Below, in pieces: positions 1-9,172 of a stretch of 32,000 bases of DNA. The stretch spans positions 1-32,000 of the forward strand of contig ACYB01000011.1 in assembly GCA_000175855.1 (NCBI GenBank), written 5' to 3'. The notes beneath the pieces are model-generated. The model ran no database searches. It worked only from the letters and a program-made list of their open reading frames with translations, and had not been told where the DNA came from. How positions within the stretch are numbered: position 1 is the stretch's first letter; each line of letters begins with the position of its first letter. Source of the DNA: Raphidiopsis brookii D9. Lineage in GTDB: Bacteria > Cyanobacteriota > Cyanobacteriia > Cyanobacteriales > Nostocaceae. The position numbers and the translations under genes were made by a program.

Positions 1-123
1 TAGGGTGGGGATCATTAACACACCGAACCAGCCAATATAGAGGCGGTTGTTGGTGCTTGTAATGAATTCGCAGAAGCGGTCCCAGATGTTAGCACTCTGG
101 CGCTGTTGAATGGCAGTAGTCAT
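1..123 (-). CDS. psbA: Photosystem II D1 protein, first 41 codons only; the gene continues past the left edge of the window
   Basis: The reverse complement of 1-123 starts with ATG and reads [41 protein letters not shown] without a stop. This is the canonical D1 N-terminus. It is absent from the ORF track because it is open-ended. Confidence 0.9.
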   Translation of the reverse strand, partial: MTTAIQQRQSANIWDRFCEFITSTNNRLYIGWFGVLMIPTL

Positions 124-191
124 GGTTTTATAATTGCGGTTTTACGAGAGATTTATGTATGTTCCGGTAGGTGTTTCTACCTTATGAACTT

Positions 192-220
192 ATATTAAGA
201 CAAATGTTTAGATTTGTAAA
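192..220 (-). promoter_or_regulatory. Putative sigma70-type promoter of psbA
   Basis: On the minus strand: TTTACA (220-215), a 17-nt spacer, then TAATAT (197-192). This predicts a leader of about 60 nt before the ATG at 123. Confidence 0.5.
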
Positions 221-255
221 GAGTTTTTTACAAAAAATTTAATAAATTTGCCAAT

Positions 256-335
256 TAGGGATTTTGCTATATGTGGTAGGGGTTTCCGGGCATGGGAGAG
301 TAGGCGTGAGTTTTTAAAAAGGCGGATTTTGCATA
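256..335. repeat. ~80-bp imperfect direct repeat, copy A
   Basis: The core 261-326 (attttgctatatgtggtaggggtttccgggcatgggagagtaggcgtgagtttttaaaaaggcgga) matches 2356-2421 at 58 of 66 positions in the same orientation. Weaker similarity extends a few bases on each side. Confidence 0.85.
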
Positions 336-442
336 GCAAGGGAATAAAAATCCTTAGCTGAAAGCTTAATTTAGTTTTCAACCGACTGTTATTTGAGAGT
401 GCGAAGTCGCGTAGCGGGTGAAGTTCCATCTCAAAATTTCCC

Positions 443-691
443 TTGAGAAGATTCGGGGAAGTGCTATTGCGCGGGTTCGATGGCGAAGCGATAGCACTCT
501 TGATAGTAGTTGCCAACTCCAACGAACCACGTTATCGTCGCGCACGTCAAGCATATAAAGTATTGCAGAACATTGGTGTTCGCATTGACGTAATTGTTAT
601 GAACCGTGAAGAGGTAGAAAGGAAGGTAAACGTTCCCATTTCCTTAGTCAGTCGTATTGTCCATGAGGGCAAACTCCTTCATAAGGCATGA
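443..691 (+). pseudogene. Truncated, degenerate MNT-type nucleotidyltransferase (antitoxin-like) fragment
   Basis: The C-terminal part (LLIVVANSNEPRYRRARQAYKVLQNIGVRIDVIVMNREEVER...HEGKLL) resembles minimal nucleotidyltransferase / DNA polymerase beta-like domain proteins. An in-frame stop at 419-421 removes the N-terminus, and only a TTG start remains. The expected GS...DxD signature reads GE...AIA. Confidence 0.5.
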
Positions 692-740
692 AAAGTATGA
701 TGAAATTGCCCAGTGGTTACAACCTCAAAACGGTTGCTTA

Positions 741-1550
741 TCAGTTCCAGACCGCCAGCACTTCTTTAACAGATTTGCGAGAAGTTCCCTTAGCAGATAT
801 AGTTCTACCGACATTGATAGATGTAATCTGAGCAGAGGAATACAGTTCTCGTGCTGTAGGAGTGTCATGATTGCTTACAATCACACGAGCACCACGATTG
901 GCCAGCGATACTGCTAAATCACGCAGACGAACTTGGTCATCATAATTAAACCCACCAGTAGCATAATCACTAAAGTTTGCAGTATCTGAGAGAGGAAGAT
1001 AAGGCGGGTCAAAATATACTACAGTGCTAGAATCCAACTTTTGATACAGATTCTCGTTGGCAAAGTCACCGACAGAAAATTCTACTGATTGCCCTGCAAA
1101 TACCGAGATAAAGTTCTCCATCTCTTTACGAGGAAAATATGGAGATTTATATCTACCAAATGGTACGTTGAACTCACCAGATTTATTGTAACGTGTCAGT
1201 CCATTAAAACAATGGCGATTCAGATATACAAACAGACTAGCACGTTCACTAGGTTCTAAACTGGTGTTAAACTGATTACGAAAGTAATAGAAACTCACTT
1301 GATTATTGTTATCGGCAAAATATTTTTCACATTCATTGATAAAGTCGTGATTATAAATAATAAATTTATATAAACTAATTAAATCCTTATTGAAATCGTT
1401 GATAATATAATCAAGTGCGACAACATTTAAAGCAACAGATAAAGAGCCAGCGAACGGTTCAATGTAACGCTTAGGTGTGCCAATCAGTGGCAGAATGTGA
1501 GGTAGAACACGATACTTACTGCCTGCCCATTTAAGAAATGGTTTGTTCAT
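741..1550 (-). CDS. dam: Dam-type (D12 class) N6-adenine DNA methyltransferase, probable GATC specificity
   Basis: The 269-aa product is collinear with E. coli Dam from my recollection of that sequence. Shared blocks are FLKWAGSKY, EPFAGS, LYLNR..FNGL.RYN..GEFNVPFGRYK.PYFP, the catalytic DPPY, and SNHDT. Confidence 0.9.
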   Translation of the reverse strand: MNKPFLKWAGSKYRVLPHILPLIGTPKRYIEPFAGSLSVALNVVALDYIINDFNKDLISLYKFIIYNHDFINECEKYFADNNNQVSFYYFRNQFNTSLEPSERASLFVYLNRHCFNGLTRYNKSGEFNVPFGRYKSPYFPRKEMENFISVFAGQSVEFSVGDFANENLYQKLDSSTVVYFDPPYLPLSDTANFSDYATGGFNYDDQVRLRDLAVSLANRGARVIVSNHDTPTARELYSSAQITSINVGRTISAKGTSRKSVKEVLAVWN

Positions 1551-1862
1551 TTGATGATAAAAGAAGCGAAACTACCTAGGAAATAAAATGCCATTGCTTT
1601 ATCTTTCAATTCGACACTATTATAGCACAAACGACTATAATTGCCATTTCTATATTTACTTCCTTTTGTACGAATTTGAATAAACTTATTAGGTCCATTG
1701 ATTGTATGAAGAGTTTTCTCGTTCCATTAGAATTTCTCATGAATGCTTGCCCTTCCAACAAACCGACTAAAAGCATCTAGTTTTTAAAAACAGGTATTTT
1801 CTCACCCATAAAAAAAACGCCCCCCAACCAGTGAGGAGCTTTTCATTTAACAGTATTGATTA

Positions 1863-2428
<566 letters not shown>

Positions 2429-2687
2429 ATTACTTAATTTTCTATTATACAATCTAGCTCCATGACAGATTATGCAGGTGATCGCTTTTGAGAAAGGGGG
2501 ATTGTTCGTGATCTGTAACGGCTAACAGTCCTCAGTAGGGTCTCGTGAAGGTCTCGCGAGTGCGAGATCGCTTTTCTCATTTTGTATAGCCTTTGTGAAA
2601 GATGCTACTTGAGTTAAGAATTGTTTACAACTAGCAATACTTTGCTGTACAGTTGGTAGTATGCTATGTAGCTACGGAATCTTACCT

Positions 2688-2840
2688 ATGAGCAAACCAC
2701 AAATCACCATTAGATTATCTCCATCTCCACTGCAAGAACTTAACAACTATGTTGAGCTAACTAGCACGTCGAGAACTGATGTGGTTGTCAGTGCGATCGC
2801 TCAGTATCTTGGTTGTACTGACAATGTACCGTTGAATTAG
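2688..2840 (+). CDS. Small ribbon-helix-helix (CopG/Arc-like) protein, 50 aa
   Basis: The ORF runs from ATG at 2688 to TAG at 2838-2840 and encodes MSKPQITIRLSPSPLQELNNYVELTSTSRTDVVVSAIAQYLGCTDNVPLN. An N-terminal beta-strand (ITIRL) followed by two short helices fits the RHH pattern. It is below the size cut-off of the supplied ORF track. Confidence 0.55.
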   Translation: MSKPQITIRLSPSPLQELNNYVELTSTSRTDVVVSAIAQYLGCTDNVPLN

Positions 2841-2893
2841 GGGGTGGGTGTGTTAGAAAAAAGACTTACTGAGTTAGAACTGGTAATAAACAA

Positions 2894-3352
2894 ATGAGAT
2901 TATCAAATTCGGAAACTGAAAAACTTTTTGAGGCTTTATTGGATGCTTATCGGGATTATGACAGTCTCAGAATCATGGTGAGATTGAAGCTTGGAGAAAC
3001 CTTAGAAAGATTTGCTGGAAGGGGTGATTTAGAAACTGTTGTTTTTAATCTTATTGACTCAGCAGAAAGGAGGGGGAAATTACAGAGCCTAATTGTAGGA
3101 GCTTATGAAAAAAATCCTGATAATCCAGAGTTAAAAAGGTTTTATAAAACAGTCTTCACAGACTTTAAGCAAAGAGCAATCTTAGATTCTGATACTCATC
3201 ATGCCAGTCATCTAAACACCACTCCCATACGTTGCCGTGCATATCGTATAATCCGAAGTTATTGGCCACTCCAAAGCTCCCTACTTCTGTTGTTTTTTGT
3301 CTATAAACTCCCTTGGGTCCTTGACCATAAGTTTCATTGCCATTATAGTTAG
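2894..3352 (+). pseudogene. Effector-associated-domain (EAD1-like, death-like fold) gene with a disrupted 3' part
   Basis: The first ~90 aa (LFEALLDAY..SLRIMV...L..FAGRGDLETVVFNLIDSAERRGKLQSLIVGAYEKNPDNPEL) fit the pattern I recall for cyanobacterial EAD1 N-terminal modules. From ~3186 onward the frame is just the antisense of the FGE fragment and reads as nonsense ([17 protein letters not shown]...). Confidence 0.5.
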
Positions 3353-3815
3353 CCAAATCCGTTGTTATCGTCTCTCCAAAGTGGAATGGTGTCTTTGTCC
3401 CTGCTCGACAAGCATATTCCCATTCTGCTTCACTAGGTAAACGATATTGTCTTTTAGTATGCCTTGAAAAGCGATCGCAAAACTCCACCGCATCATACCA
3501 AGACACTCTTTCAACAGGGTGATTATCACCTTTAAATCTAGAAGGGTCTGGGTCTAGTTTTTTATTGACTTGGGGGAGTTTGGCTACAAATTTCCATTGT
3601 GCTTGAGTGACTTGATATTGACCGAACCAAAAGGGTTTTATTGTAACTTCATGTTGTGGACGTTCTTCATCATAACTATCCTTCTCTTCTTCCGGTGAAC
3701 CCATGACAAAAGTGCCACCAGGAATCAACATCATGTCCAGTTGAATATCATTACCTAAATCTTCTCGAAAATACTGTGCTGTTCTTTGATACTCATGAAT
3801 CACAAGTTTTGGCAT
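3165..3815 (-). pseudogene. Formylglycine-generating-enzyme (FGE-sulfatase / SUMF1 family) domain fragment, truncated at the C-terminus and probably also at the N-terminus
   Basis: [14 protein letters not shown]...[10 protein letters not shown]....[39 protein letters not shown] and [21 protein letters not shown] are hallmark FGE-sulfatase blocks. The usual final ~50-60 residues (the ..RGGSW.. region) are missing, and the ORF ends LRLLFA* at the junction with the EAD gene. Confidence 0.8.
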
Positions 3816-4166
3816 TTTTTGTCACCCAATTGTTACATCTGTTATTCATTTATAATTATTGACTACTACTATAAGTAATTACAAATATGATTTATTTAAC
3901 AGCATTTTATCCCCCCTAAACCCGCTAAAAAGGGAACATTTTAGACTGAACCTACTGCATAGCAATACATTTATATTGTAAAGTCTATGAGGCGATCGCC
4001 TGCTAAAAATTCTTGTCCTTATTATACATCATCCCGTGCAGGTGTAACGCCCAATTTGCTGTTGAGGGAGAATAAGGGTGCTAAGGTATTGTTTTCGGAT
4101 ATCTGTTAATTGACATTTTAATGTACAATCACTTCTACTTCCTCAAAAGATGAAGAGGTTTTTTAA

Positions 4167-5513
4167 ATGACTCGTGTGATTATTGTGCGTCATGGACAAA
4201 GTACCTATAACACTGAAGGACGCATTCAGGGACGGACTAACACGTCCAGCTTAACAGAAAAAGGTTCCGAGGATGCTCTCAGGACTGGTCAGGTGCTGAG
4301 TAGTATACCATTTGCAGCTATATATAGCAGTCCCCTCACTCGAGCTAAACAGACTGCGGAAATTATCCACAATCAGTTGACAGGTCATCCAGTTCCATCG
4401 GTGGAGACTAGTGACTATTTACTGGAAGTGGACTTACCCTTGTGGGAGGGAATGTTATCTGGGGAGGTGAGGGAAAAGTTCTCCCTTGATTATACCATCT
4501 GGAAAGAACGTCCCCAGGAGTTGCTAATGACCATTAGTGACCCAAATGGCACAAGAGATCACTCCCCCATATTATCTTTATATGAACAAGCACGACAATT
4601 TTGGCAGCATATCCTATCCCATCCCTCGGCAAGGACTATTCTTGTAGTTGCACATAATGGCATTAACCGTGCTCTAATTAGTACAGCTTTGGGTATTCCT
4701 CCTAGTCGCTATCATGCTATACAACAGTCTAATTGTGGAATCAGTGTTCTTAATTTTAGCGGAGGACTGGGTGAACCTGTACAGTTGGAGTCCATGAATC
4801 AAACCCAACATCTGGGAGATATTTTGCCTAGTTTGCGCCCAAATCATCAAGGGTTTCGTTTACTATTGGTTCGTCATGGAGAAACTGAATGGAATCGTCA
4901 AGGGAAGTTCCAAGGACAAATTGATGTACCTTTGAATGACCATGGTAGGGTTCAAGCAACAAAAGCTAGAGAGTTTCTCAAAACCATATCTCTTGATTTT
5001 GCTTTTAGTAGCACTATGGCCCGTCCCCGAGAAACAGCAGAAATTATTCTTCAAGACCATCCCCATATCAGTTTACAATTATTGGATGGTTTAAGGGAAA
5101 TTAGTCATGGAAAATGGGAAGGTAAGTTTGAATCGGAAATAGACCAGGATTTCCCCGGTGAGTTGCATCGCTGGCGCACTATTCCTGCTCAGGTGCAAAT
5201 GCCAGAAGGTGAAAATTTACAAGAGGTATATCAACGTAGTGTGGGGTCGTGGCAAGAAATATTACACACTGCTCAAAGTCAAAACTTGGGTATAGGTCTA
5301 GTTGTGGCTCACGATGCAACAAATAAAACTCTGCTTTGTCACATACTCGGTCTGTCCCTAGAAAATTTCTGGAATTTCCGTCAGGGAAATGGCGCAGTTA
5401 GTGTGATCGATTATCCTCAAGGTGCTCACAGTTCACCCGTTCTACAAGCTATGAATATTACTGGACATTTAAGTGGTGGAGTGTTAGATAAAACTGCCGC
5501 AGGCGCTCTCTAA
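4167..5513 (+). CDS. Protein with two tandem histidine-phosphatase (phosphoglycerate-mutase family) domains
   Basis: There are two RHG catalytic motifs, each starting a domain (VIIVRHGQSTYN at the N-terminus and LLLVRHGETEWN near residue 235). Each is followed by the S..RA.QTA and V.HD/HN blocks of His_Phos_1. Confidence 0.85.
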   Translation: MTRVIIVRHGQSTYNTEGRIQGRTNTSSLTEKGSEDALRTGQVLSSIPFAAIYSSPLTRAKQTAEIIHNQLTGHPVPSVETSDYLLEVDLPLWEGMLSGEVREKFSLDYTIWKERPQELLMTISDPNGTRDHSPILSLYEQARQFWQHILSHPSARTILVVAHNGINRALISTALGIPPSRYHAIQQSNCGISVLNFSGGLGEPVQLESMNQTQHLGDILPSLRPNHQGFRLLLVRHGETEWNRQGKFQGQIDVPLNDHGRVQATKAREFLKTISLDFAFSSTMARPRETAEIILQDHPHISLQLLDGLREISHGKWEGKFESEIDQDFPGELHRWRTIPAQVQMPEGENLQEVYQRSVGSWQEILHTAQSQNLGIGLVVAHDATNKTLLCHILGLSLENFWNFRQGNGAVSVIDYPQGAHSSPVLQAMNITGHLSGGVLDKTAAGAL

Positions 5514-5538
5514 TAAGCATTGGGGAATTGAAGCAGAT

Positions 5539-6795
5539 ATGATTGAATTGCTAAAGGAAGTGCGGGTCATTGATGCAGTTATGCAAACTGACCAAGTAGC
5601 CGATGTGTTGATTTTTGATGGTGAAATTAAGGCGATCGCCCGGCAAATTCCCAATCCCAGCCCTGAAACTGTGGTGAGAGATTGTCAAGGTCTATTATTG
5701 GGCAATGGTTTGGTGGATCTATACAGTCATTCTGGTGAACCTGGGTTTGAAGAAAGGGAAACTTTGAGTTCTTTATTAAGGTCGGCTCAAGTGGGTGGAT
5801 TTACTAGAATAAACGTCTTACCTGATACATGTCCAGTGATTGACCAACCATCTTTAGTGGTACAATTACAACAAAAATATAGGGGTAAAAATGCCCCCAG
5901 ACTACAAATTTGGGCGGGAATAACCCTGGATTTAGCAGGTAAGCAGTTAATCGAATTTGCTGATTTAGCCAATTGTGGTGTGGTGGGTTTTACAGATGAT
6001 AAACCCTGGGAAAATTTGGGTATGGTTAGGAAGATTTTAGAATATTTACAGCCATATAGTCAAGTTGTGGCTTTTTCACCGTGCGATCGCTCTTTATGTT
6101 TGAATGGTAAAGTGAGAGAAGGTGTGGAGGGGTTGCGCATGGGATTACCAGGGATACCAGCGAGTGCGGAAACCAGTGCCATAGCGGGACTATTAGAATT
6201 AGTAGCAGAAGTTGGGACTCCTATACATATTATGCGGGTATCTACAAGCAGGAGTGTGGAATTAATTGCCAGGGCTAAATCCGATGGTTTACCCGTAACT
6301 GCAAGTAGTACCTGGATGCACTTGTTATTGAGTAGCGAAGATATTCACAGTTACCATACTAGTTTACATTTAAAACCACCTTTGGGAAATGTTAGTGATA
6401 TGAAAGCGTTGCGTGAGGGGGTGCGTCAGGGTATAATAGATGGTATAGCTATTGATCATGCTGCATTCACCTATGAAGAAAAGGTGCAGGCTTTTGCTGA
6501 GTCCCTACCAGGAGCAATTGGTCTAGAACTGGCCCTACCCCTATTGTGGCAAAATCTGGTAGAAACCGGGGAATTTACGGCCTTGGAATTATGGAAGAGT
6601 TTAACTTATGGACCTGCAACTTGTTTAAAGCAGAAAATAAGTCCCATTCAACCAGGAGAGAGGGCAGAATTAACACTGTTTAATCCTGACAAGACTTGGG
6701 AAGTAACCATAGATAATCTTTGTTCTTTGAGTAATAATACACCGTGGTTAGGAGACGAAATAAAAGGAAGAGTGATCCAGATCTGGTGTGATTAA
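5539..6795 (+). CDS. Dihydroorotase-like amidohydrolase, possibly non-catalytic
   Basis: The 418-aa product has a cyclic-amidohydrolase layout: V.VIDA....D...DVLI.DG.I.AI, then DLYSHSGEPG at the place of DLHVHLREPG, and IDHAAFTYEEK at the place of DHAPH..EEK. Confidence 0.75.
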   Translation: MIELLKEVRVIDAVMQTDQVADVLIFDGEIKAIARQIPNPSPETVVRDCQGLLLGNGLVDLYSHSGEPGFEERETLSSLLRSAQVGGFTRINVLPDTCPVIDQPSLVVQLQQKYRGKNAPRLQIWAGITLDLAGKQLIEFADLANCGVVGFTDDKPWENLGMVRKILEYLQPYSQVVAFSPCDRSLCLNGKVREGVEGLRMGLPGIPASAETSAIAGLLELVAEVGTPIHIMRVSTSRSVELIARAKSDGLPVTASSTWMHLLLSSEDIHSYHTSLHLKPPLGNVSDMKALREGVRQGIIDGIAIDHAAFTYEEKVQAFAESLPGAIGLELALPLLWQNLVETGEFTALELWKSLTYGPATCLKQKISPIQPGERAELTLFNPDKTWEVTIDNLCSLSNNTPWLGDEIKGRVIQIWCD

Positions 6796-6817
6796 AATAG
6801 AAGTATAGAAATTATTG

Positions 6818-7525
6818 ATGTCTAATCATAGCAATTTACTGTCTAAAACTATGATTTCCGATTTAAAGGTTCCCGGGGAATGGGGTAGTGTTCTCTCGGA
6901 CGAGTTCCAGAAACCTTATTGGAAGCAGCTGGGAGAGTTTCTGGTTCAAGAAAGAAGGTCTCAAACCATTTACCCACCAGAGTCAGAAGTTTTTTCTGCT
7001 TTTGAATTAACACCCTACCAACAGGTAAATGTTTTATTATTAGGACAGGATCCCTATCATCAAAGAAATCAAGCCCATGGTTTATGTTTTTCCGTCAAAC
7101 CTGGTGTTAAACCACCACCTTCTCTCAAAAACATTTATCAGGAACTTCAACAAGATTTAGGATTTCCTATTGCCAATCATGGTTACCTAGCTAATTGGGC
7201 TAAGCAAGGTATCTTAATGCTAAATGCGGTGTTAACCGTAAGAGAAGGACAACCCAATTCTCATAAAAATCAAGGTTGGGAACTTTTCACTGATAAGGTG
7301 ATTAGAAAGGTTAATGAAAAACCAGAACCCGTCATATTTGTTCTTTGGGGTGGATATGCACGAAAAAAAATCAAACTAATTGACACAAATCGACACTTAG
7401 TGATTGAGTCAGCTCACCCTTCTCCTTTATCCGCCTATAATGGTTTCTTTGGTAGCAAACCCTTCTCAGCCATAAATTCAGCCTTAAGGATCCAGGATAA
7501 ACCAGAAATTGACTGGGGATTATAA
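6818..7525 (+). CDS. ung: Uracil-DNA glycosylase, family 1
   Basis: It contains the GQDPYH catalytic motif, the PPSL.N block and the C-terminal HPSPLS motif. I placed the start at ATG 6818 rather than at the track's TTG at 6815. Confidence 0.9.
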   Translation: MSNHSNLLSKTMISDLKVPGEWGSVLSDEFQKPYWKQLGEFLVQERRSQTIYPPESEVFSAFELTPYQQVNVLLLGQDPYHQRNQAHGLCFSVKPGVKPPPSLKNIYQELQQDLGFPIANHGYLANWAKQGILMLNAVLTVREGQPNSHKNQGWELFTDKVIRKVNEKPEPVIFVLWGGYARKKIKLIDTNRHLVIESAHPSPLSAYNGFFGSKPFSAINSALRIQDKPEIDWGL

Positions 7526-7596
7526 GGGAATTATGGATTTAAACGAAAGCACGGATCCAATCTGTTAGAATTACTTTATAACTACCTTATGAAAAT

Positions 7597-9075
7597 ATGA
7601 GCATAGCCACAGCTGTAAAAACAGAATACGAAGCCATCATAGGATTAGAAACCCATTGTCAACTTAGCACCAATACCAAAATTTTTTCCAGCAGCTCTAC
7701 TGCTTTTGGTGCTGAACCCAATACCAATATCGACCCAGTCTGTATGGGTTTACCGGGTGTCTTACCAGTCCTCAATGCTAAAGTTCTAGAATATGCAGTT
7801 AAAGCAGGATTAGCTTTAAACTGTCAAATTGCCAAGTATAGTAAATTTGACCGTAAACAGTATTTTTATCCTGATCTACCAAAAAACTATCAAATTTCCC
7901 AATATGACCTACCCATAGCTGAACATGGTTGGCTAGAAATCGAAATAGTAGATGATCATGATCAGCCCATTCGTAAACGGATTGGTATTACTCGTCTACA
8001 CATGGAAGAGGACGCAGGAAAGTTGGTGCACGCTGGTAGCGATCGATTAGCTGGTTCCAGTTATTCCCTAGTAGACTACAATCGTGCTGGTGTACCCTTA
8101 GTAGAAATTGTTTCAGAACCCGATCTACGTTCCGGTCAAGAAGCAGCTGAATATGCCCAGGAATTACGTAGAATTATGCGCTACTTGGGTGTGAGTGATG
8201 GGAATATGCAAGAAGGTTCCCTGCGCTGTGATGTGAATATTTCCGTTCGTCCAGTAGGGGAAAAGAAATTTGGCACCAAGGTAGAAATCAAAAATATGAA
8301 CTCCTTTAGTGCTATCCAAAGAGCAATAGATTATGAGATTCAACGTCAAATTGCTGCGATCGAAGCGGGAGAGAGAATAATTCAAGAAACCCGCTTGTGG
8401 GAGGAAGGTTCCCAACGCACTAGTAGTATGCGAGTGAAAGAAGGTTCTAGTGATTATCGTTATTTCCCCGAACCAGATTTGGCACCCATTGAAGTTTCCC
8501 ATAGCCAACTAGAAACCTGGAGATCTGAATTACCAGAATTGCCCGCTCAAAAACGTCATCGTTATGAACGTGAATTGGGACTTTCAGCATACGACACCAG
8601 AGTTTTAACGGAGGATCTACCAGTCACAGAATACTTTGAAAGTACTATAAATGCTGGTGCTAACCCTAAATCAGCTGCTAATTGGATTACTCAAGATATA
8701 GCTGCCTACTTAAACAAACAAAAACTTACCATATCAGAAATTAAACTGACACCGCAGACCATGGCGGAGGTGATTAGTCGTATTGAGAAAGGTAAAATTA
8801 GTAATGCTCAAGCAAAAGAAAAATTGGGGGATTTACTGACAGGTATTTCTGTAGAAGAAGTATTTGCTGGTCAGGAATTAATCACTGATCCAGATGTGTT
8901 AGGTCCCATAGTGGATGAAATAATTGCTGCTAATCCACAACAGGTAGAGAAATACCAAGGTGGCAATATTAACCTCAAGGGTTTCTTTGTGGGACAAGTA
9001 TTGAAAAAGACTAATAAACGAGCGGAACCCAAACTAACCAATGAACTAGTGGAAAAGAAACTCCACAACTTTTGA
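7597..9075 (+). CDS. gatB: Asp-tRNA(Asn)/Glu-tRNA(Gln) amidotransferase subunit B
   Basis: The 492-aa product carries YEAIIGLETHCQL, TRLHMEEDAGK, NRAGVPLVEIVSEPD and a YqeY-like C-terminal tail. Confidence 0.95.
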   Translation: MSIATAVKTEYEAIIGLETHCQLSTNTKIFSSSSTAFGAEPNTNIDPVCMGLPGVLPVLNAKVLEYAVKAGLALNCQIAKYSKFDRKQYFYPDLPKNYQISQYDLPIAEHGWLEIEIVDDHDQPIRKRIGITRLHMEEDAGKLVHAGSDRLAGSSYSLVDYNRAGVPLVEIVSEPDLRSGQEAAEYAQELRRIMRYLGVSDGNMQEGSLRCDVNISVRPVGEKKFGTKVEIKNMNSFSAIQRAIDYEIQRQIAAIEAGERIIQETRLWEEGSQRTSSMRVKEGSSDYRYFPEPDLAPIEVSHSQLETWRSELPELPAQKRHRYERELGLSAYDTRVLTEDLPVTEYFESTINAGANPKSAANWITQDIAAYLNKQKLTISEIKLTPQTMAEVISRIEKGKISNAQAKEKLGDLLTGISVEEVFAGQELITDPDVLGPIVDEIIAANPQQVEKYQGGNINLKGFFVGQVLKKTNKRAEPKLTNELVEKKLHNF

Positions 9076-9137
9076 CACCTATTTTCTTGTAACCAGGGAA
9101 AAAATGGAAAAATTTGAAAAAAAGATTAAAAAGGGGT

Positions 9138-9166
9138 TTGACCCCTCGCACTAATAATGTTATAGT
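9138..9166 (+). promoter_or_regulatory. Near-consensus sigma70-type promoter in the gatB-argJ spacer
   Basis: TTGACC (9138-9143), a 17-nt spacer, then TATAGT (9161-9166). The -35 element lies inside a small hairpin, aggggt-ttg-acccct (9132-9146). Confidence 0.4.
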
Positions 9167-9172
9167 GTGATA

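Noticed and set aside
208-522. 104-aa minus-strand ORF from the track
   Set aside because: It spans the psbA promoter, repeat copy A and the antisense of the MNT-like fragment. It has low-complexity sequence and no recognisable similarity. Most likely a chance ORF.
657-917. 86-aa plus-strand ORF overlapping the dam 3' end
   Set aside because: From ~741 onward it is simply the antisense of the well-supported dam gene. At most the first ~28 codons could be a HEPN-like remnant, which I discuss in the findings.
2551-2568. Terminator-like hairpin (gtctcgc-gagt-gcgagat) followed by a T-rich tail in the non-coding stretch upstream of the RHH gene
   Set aside because: The structure is real, but there is no plus-strand gene upstream for it to terminate. 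I cannot assign a function or rule out chance.
3150-3900. A site-specific invertible switch flipping the FGE segment
   Set aside because: I looked for inverted repeats at the two ends of the FGE fragment (around 3150-3190 and 3816-3900) and found none. No recombinase gene is nearby. A one-off deletion or inversion is more parsimonious.
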